A stretch of 64,000 nucleotides of DNA, from contig OX597828.1 in the NCBI GenBank assembly GCA_951406725.2, positions 36,332,001-36,396,000 on the forward strand, in the 5' to 3' direction. Under the pieces are notes generated by a model, which was given only the letters and a program-made list of their open reading frames with translations, did not search any database and had not been told where the DNA came from. Of this stretch, positions 61,560-64,000 are shown one piece after another (position 1 is the first letter of the stretch; the number at the start of each line of letters is the position of its first letter). This DNA is from Octopus vulgaris (taxonomy: Eukaryota). The position numbers and the translations under genes were made by a program.

Positions 61560-61975
61560 CAACTGATTCAGTAAACACCCACAAAGTTATTAACCATTGC
61601 ACCAACAACCACCTTGAGCACCTTTTTGAATTCCATGTGTTTAACGCATGTGGGCATACCTACAAAGTCAGAAAACAGCACAGCTCCCATGACTTTCGGA
61701 AACATTTTTTCACACTCAAAGTTGCTGAAGTATGGAACAAACTACCTGCATCAGTTATTCATTGCCAAAACATTGCATCCTTTAAAACCTCCATACTTCC
61801 TGAAATTCACCAACACTACACCTGATATCGCCCACTCCATACACATGCACACATGTATAGCATGACTCATACACTGTTCACTTTCCTAACTTTTGTACAT
61901 AATTCTATGTACTGTACACGTACCTTTGATGAGTTGTAGTGCACCTGAGCAGTATACACAATAATTTCATTATTG
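61560..61975 (+). pseudogene. CR1-type LINE RT C-terminus and 3' UTR
   Basis: CGHTYKVRKQHSSHDFRKHFFTLKVAEVWNKLPASVIHCQNIASFK matches RGH..KL.K......R..FF..RV...WN.LP..V.......FK. Confidence 0.85.
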
Positions 61976-61991
61976 TTTTAAAGGGAAAAGA

Positions 61992-62321
61992 TCCTCTTTG
62001 GTCATGACTGACCATGGGATTGCACCTAGAAAGTTACCCTCCAGGGCACAAGTCCAGGCAAGACTATCTATAGAAGACCAGCAGTTGCCCATGCATACCA
62101 GCCTCTCCTCTCCATGCAATTGATGTTATCCAAGGAAAAGGCAAAGGCCGATAAAGTTTGGCACCAGTAACATCGCAACTCATTTCTACAGTTGAGTGGA
62201 CTGGAGCAACGTGAAATAAAATGTCTTGCTCAAGAACACAACACACAGCCCAGTCCAGGAATTGAACTCACTACCTCATGACTGCAAGCCAGACACTCTA
62301 ACCACTGAGTCACATGCCTTC
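61992..62321 (-). mobile_element. tRNA-SINE with family D head and a different body
   Basis: GAAGGCATGTGACTCAGTGG...GAGTTCAATTCC...GTGTTCTTGAGCAAGACA...CTCCAGTCCACTCAACTG then an unrelated tail. Confidence 0.7.
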
Positions 62322-62659
62322 ATATTTTGTTTAATATAATATCTATTAAATTATTTCTTTGGAAATGAGAAGTTCTGATCCAATAGACCCATGATTAAAA
62401 GAGATTCCAGCCTATGACCAACCAATTCCTTTGTCTGCTTTTCTTTCTTTGCAGGCATAATGTACCCCTGACCACATTATCCAATATGTATTTTTTATCC
62501 TGAAGATTGTATTCTGATTTAAGGAGGGATTTAACTGCTATTTCTTGCTAGTCATATGATCTTTCAGTGACATGTTCATTGGCCTGAGGGAGAAGGTGTT
62601 CATGAAAGGTGACTCAGCTCGATTGATTTTAAGTTTTCCCTCTTTTATTTTATCTTATT

Positions 62660-62738
62660 TGTGTGCATGTGTGTTGTGTGTGCGTGTGTGTGTTGTGTGT
62701 GTGTGTGTTTGTGTTGTGTGTATGTGTGTGTGTTTGTG

Positions 62739-62823
<85 letters not shown>

Positions 62824-63130
62824 GTGTGTGTGTGTTGTGTGTGTGTATGTGTTGTATGTGTGTGCTTGTTAAATGTCATTCGTCTCTTTCTAATAAAGCT
62901 TCATAAATAAACTCTTGATATGACATAACATTGTCTTTCAGTTAATTCAAAATCAATCACAATGAAATGCAAGGTGGTGGCGGCGGTGATGGCGGCGGTG
63001 TCGGTGGTGGTGGTGATGGCGGCGGTGGTGGTGGCGGTGGTGGTGGTGGTGGTGGTGGTGGTGGTGGTGGTGATGGTGGAGGCTGCTGCTGTTGTTGCTG
63101 TTGTTGCTGCGATTGTTGTGATTGCTGTTC
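62660..63130. repeat. (TG)n tract and (GGT)n/(GTT/GCT)n tract
   Basis: 62660-62865 and 62972-63130. Confidence 0.95.
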
Positions 63131-63529
63131 TGCAGTGTATATGTTGCTTTGGTATCTTCTGTCATAACACGCATTCCTCATCCTTGACAAAAAGGAAGTT
63201 TCCTTCCTTTCATCTGCTGCAGGGGACCCCCCAACCACTGAGCCGCAGACCAATAACAGGCTGTGGATCATTTAGTACAGGGGGCCACACAGAAAGAATA
63301 AATTTAAAAATCTTATTTCTATTGCAGTCTGCAGGGTGTTTTTTGCATTACATATGTTTTAAATATGTAATAATTAATTTACATATTGTGCACTGTATTG
63401 AGTTTTTTTCCACATATGACGTTATCCGCTGGTATGTGGAAAAATTATCTTGCCTGAAACCACTTCCATGGTGCAAAAATGGTTTGGGGCAGCTCATTTA
63501 CAGGACTCGCAAGTACCTTCTACTATATT

Positions 63530-63720
63530 ATTCTTTATTGCCCACAAGGGGCTAAATATAGAGGGGACAAACATGGACAGACAAAAGAATTAAGTCGATT
63601 ACATCGACCCCTGTGCGAACTGGTACTTTATTTATTGACCCCAAAAGGATGAAAGGCAAAGTCGACCTCGGCGGAATTTAAACTCAGAACGTAACGACAG
63701 AAGAAATACCGCTAAGCATT
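63530..63720 (-). mobile_element. Family B Meta-SINE, 5'-truncated
   Basis: Reverse complement of Meta domain and first tail type. Confidence 0.85.
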
Positions 63721-64000
63721 ACCTTCTACTATAGGCTCAAGCTAATCAAAGCCTTGCGAGTGGATTTGATAGAAAGAAACTGTAAGAAGCCCATCACATG
63801 CATGTGGGTGTGTACCCATGACTTGGAATCACATGGTGGTGATAATGATGATGGTGGTGGTGATGGTGGTATTGACGATGATGATGATGATGATGAAAAT
63901 GACAACGATGATAATGGTGAAGATGATGATGATAATTGTGATGATGATGATAATGACAATGATGACAAAGATGATGATGATGATGATGCTGTACTCTACC

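Noticed and set aside
62957-63271. PolyQ/polyP or polyG ORFs
   Set aside because: (GGT)n and (GTT/GCT)n simple repeats.

Overview
AT-rich, microsatellite-dense eukaryotic DNA. The repeat content (tRNA-derived SINEs with CORE- and Meta-like domains, RTE LINE tails ending in (TGA)n, long (TA)n/(CA)n tracts) suggests an intron or intergenic region of an octopus/coleoid cephalopod genome; this is an inference. I found no host protein-coding exon I can support, and most ORFs in the track are translated microsatellites or SINEs. The window is a layered transposon graveyard. Retroelements: dozens of SINE copies from several modular families, RTE and CR1 LINE fragments, two Penelope-like GIY-YIG remnants and a Gypsy integrase tail. 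DNA elements: a near full-length mariner with TIRs nested in a pogo/Tigger-like MITE, a second decayed mariner, Merlin, MULE and hAT transposase fossils, TTAA (piggyBac-type) MITEs, Helitron-like ends and long foldbacks. There is also a 31-bp minisatellite with a 183-bp higher-order period. The most interesting locus is 44807-45270: a non-coding element made of a tRNA-like Pol III head, an (AAT)n linker and a minimal hammerhead ribozyme module, preceded by an inverted copy of that module, as seen at Penelope-type insertions. All family assignments come from recognising motifs by eye, not from database searches, and the boundaries of decayed elements are approximate.
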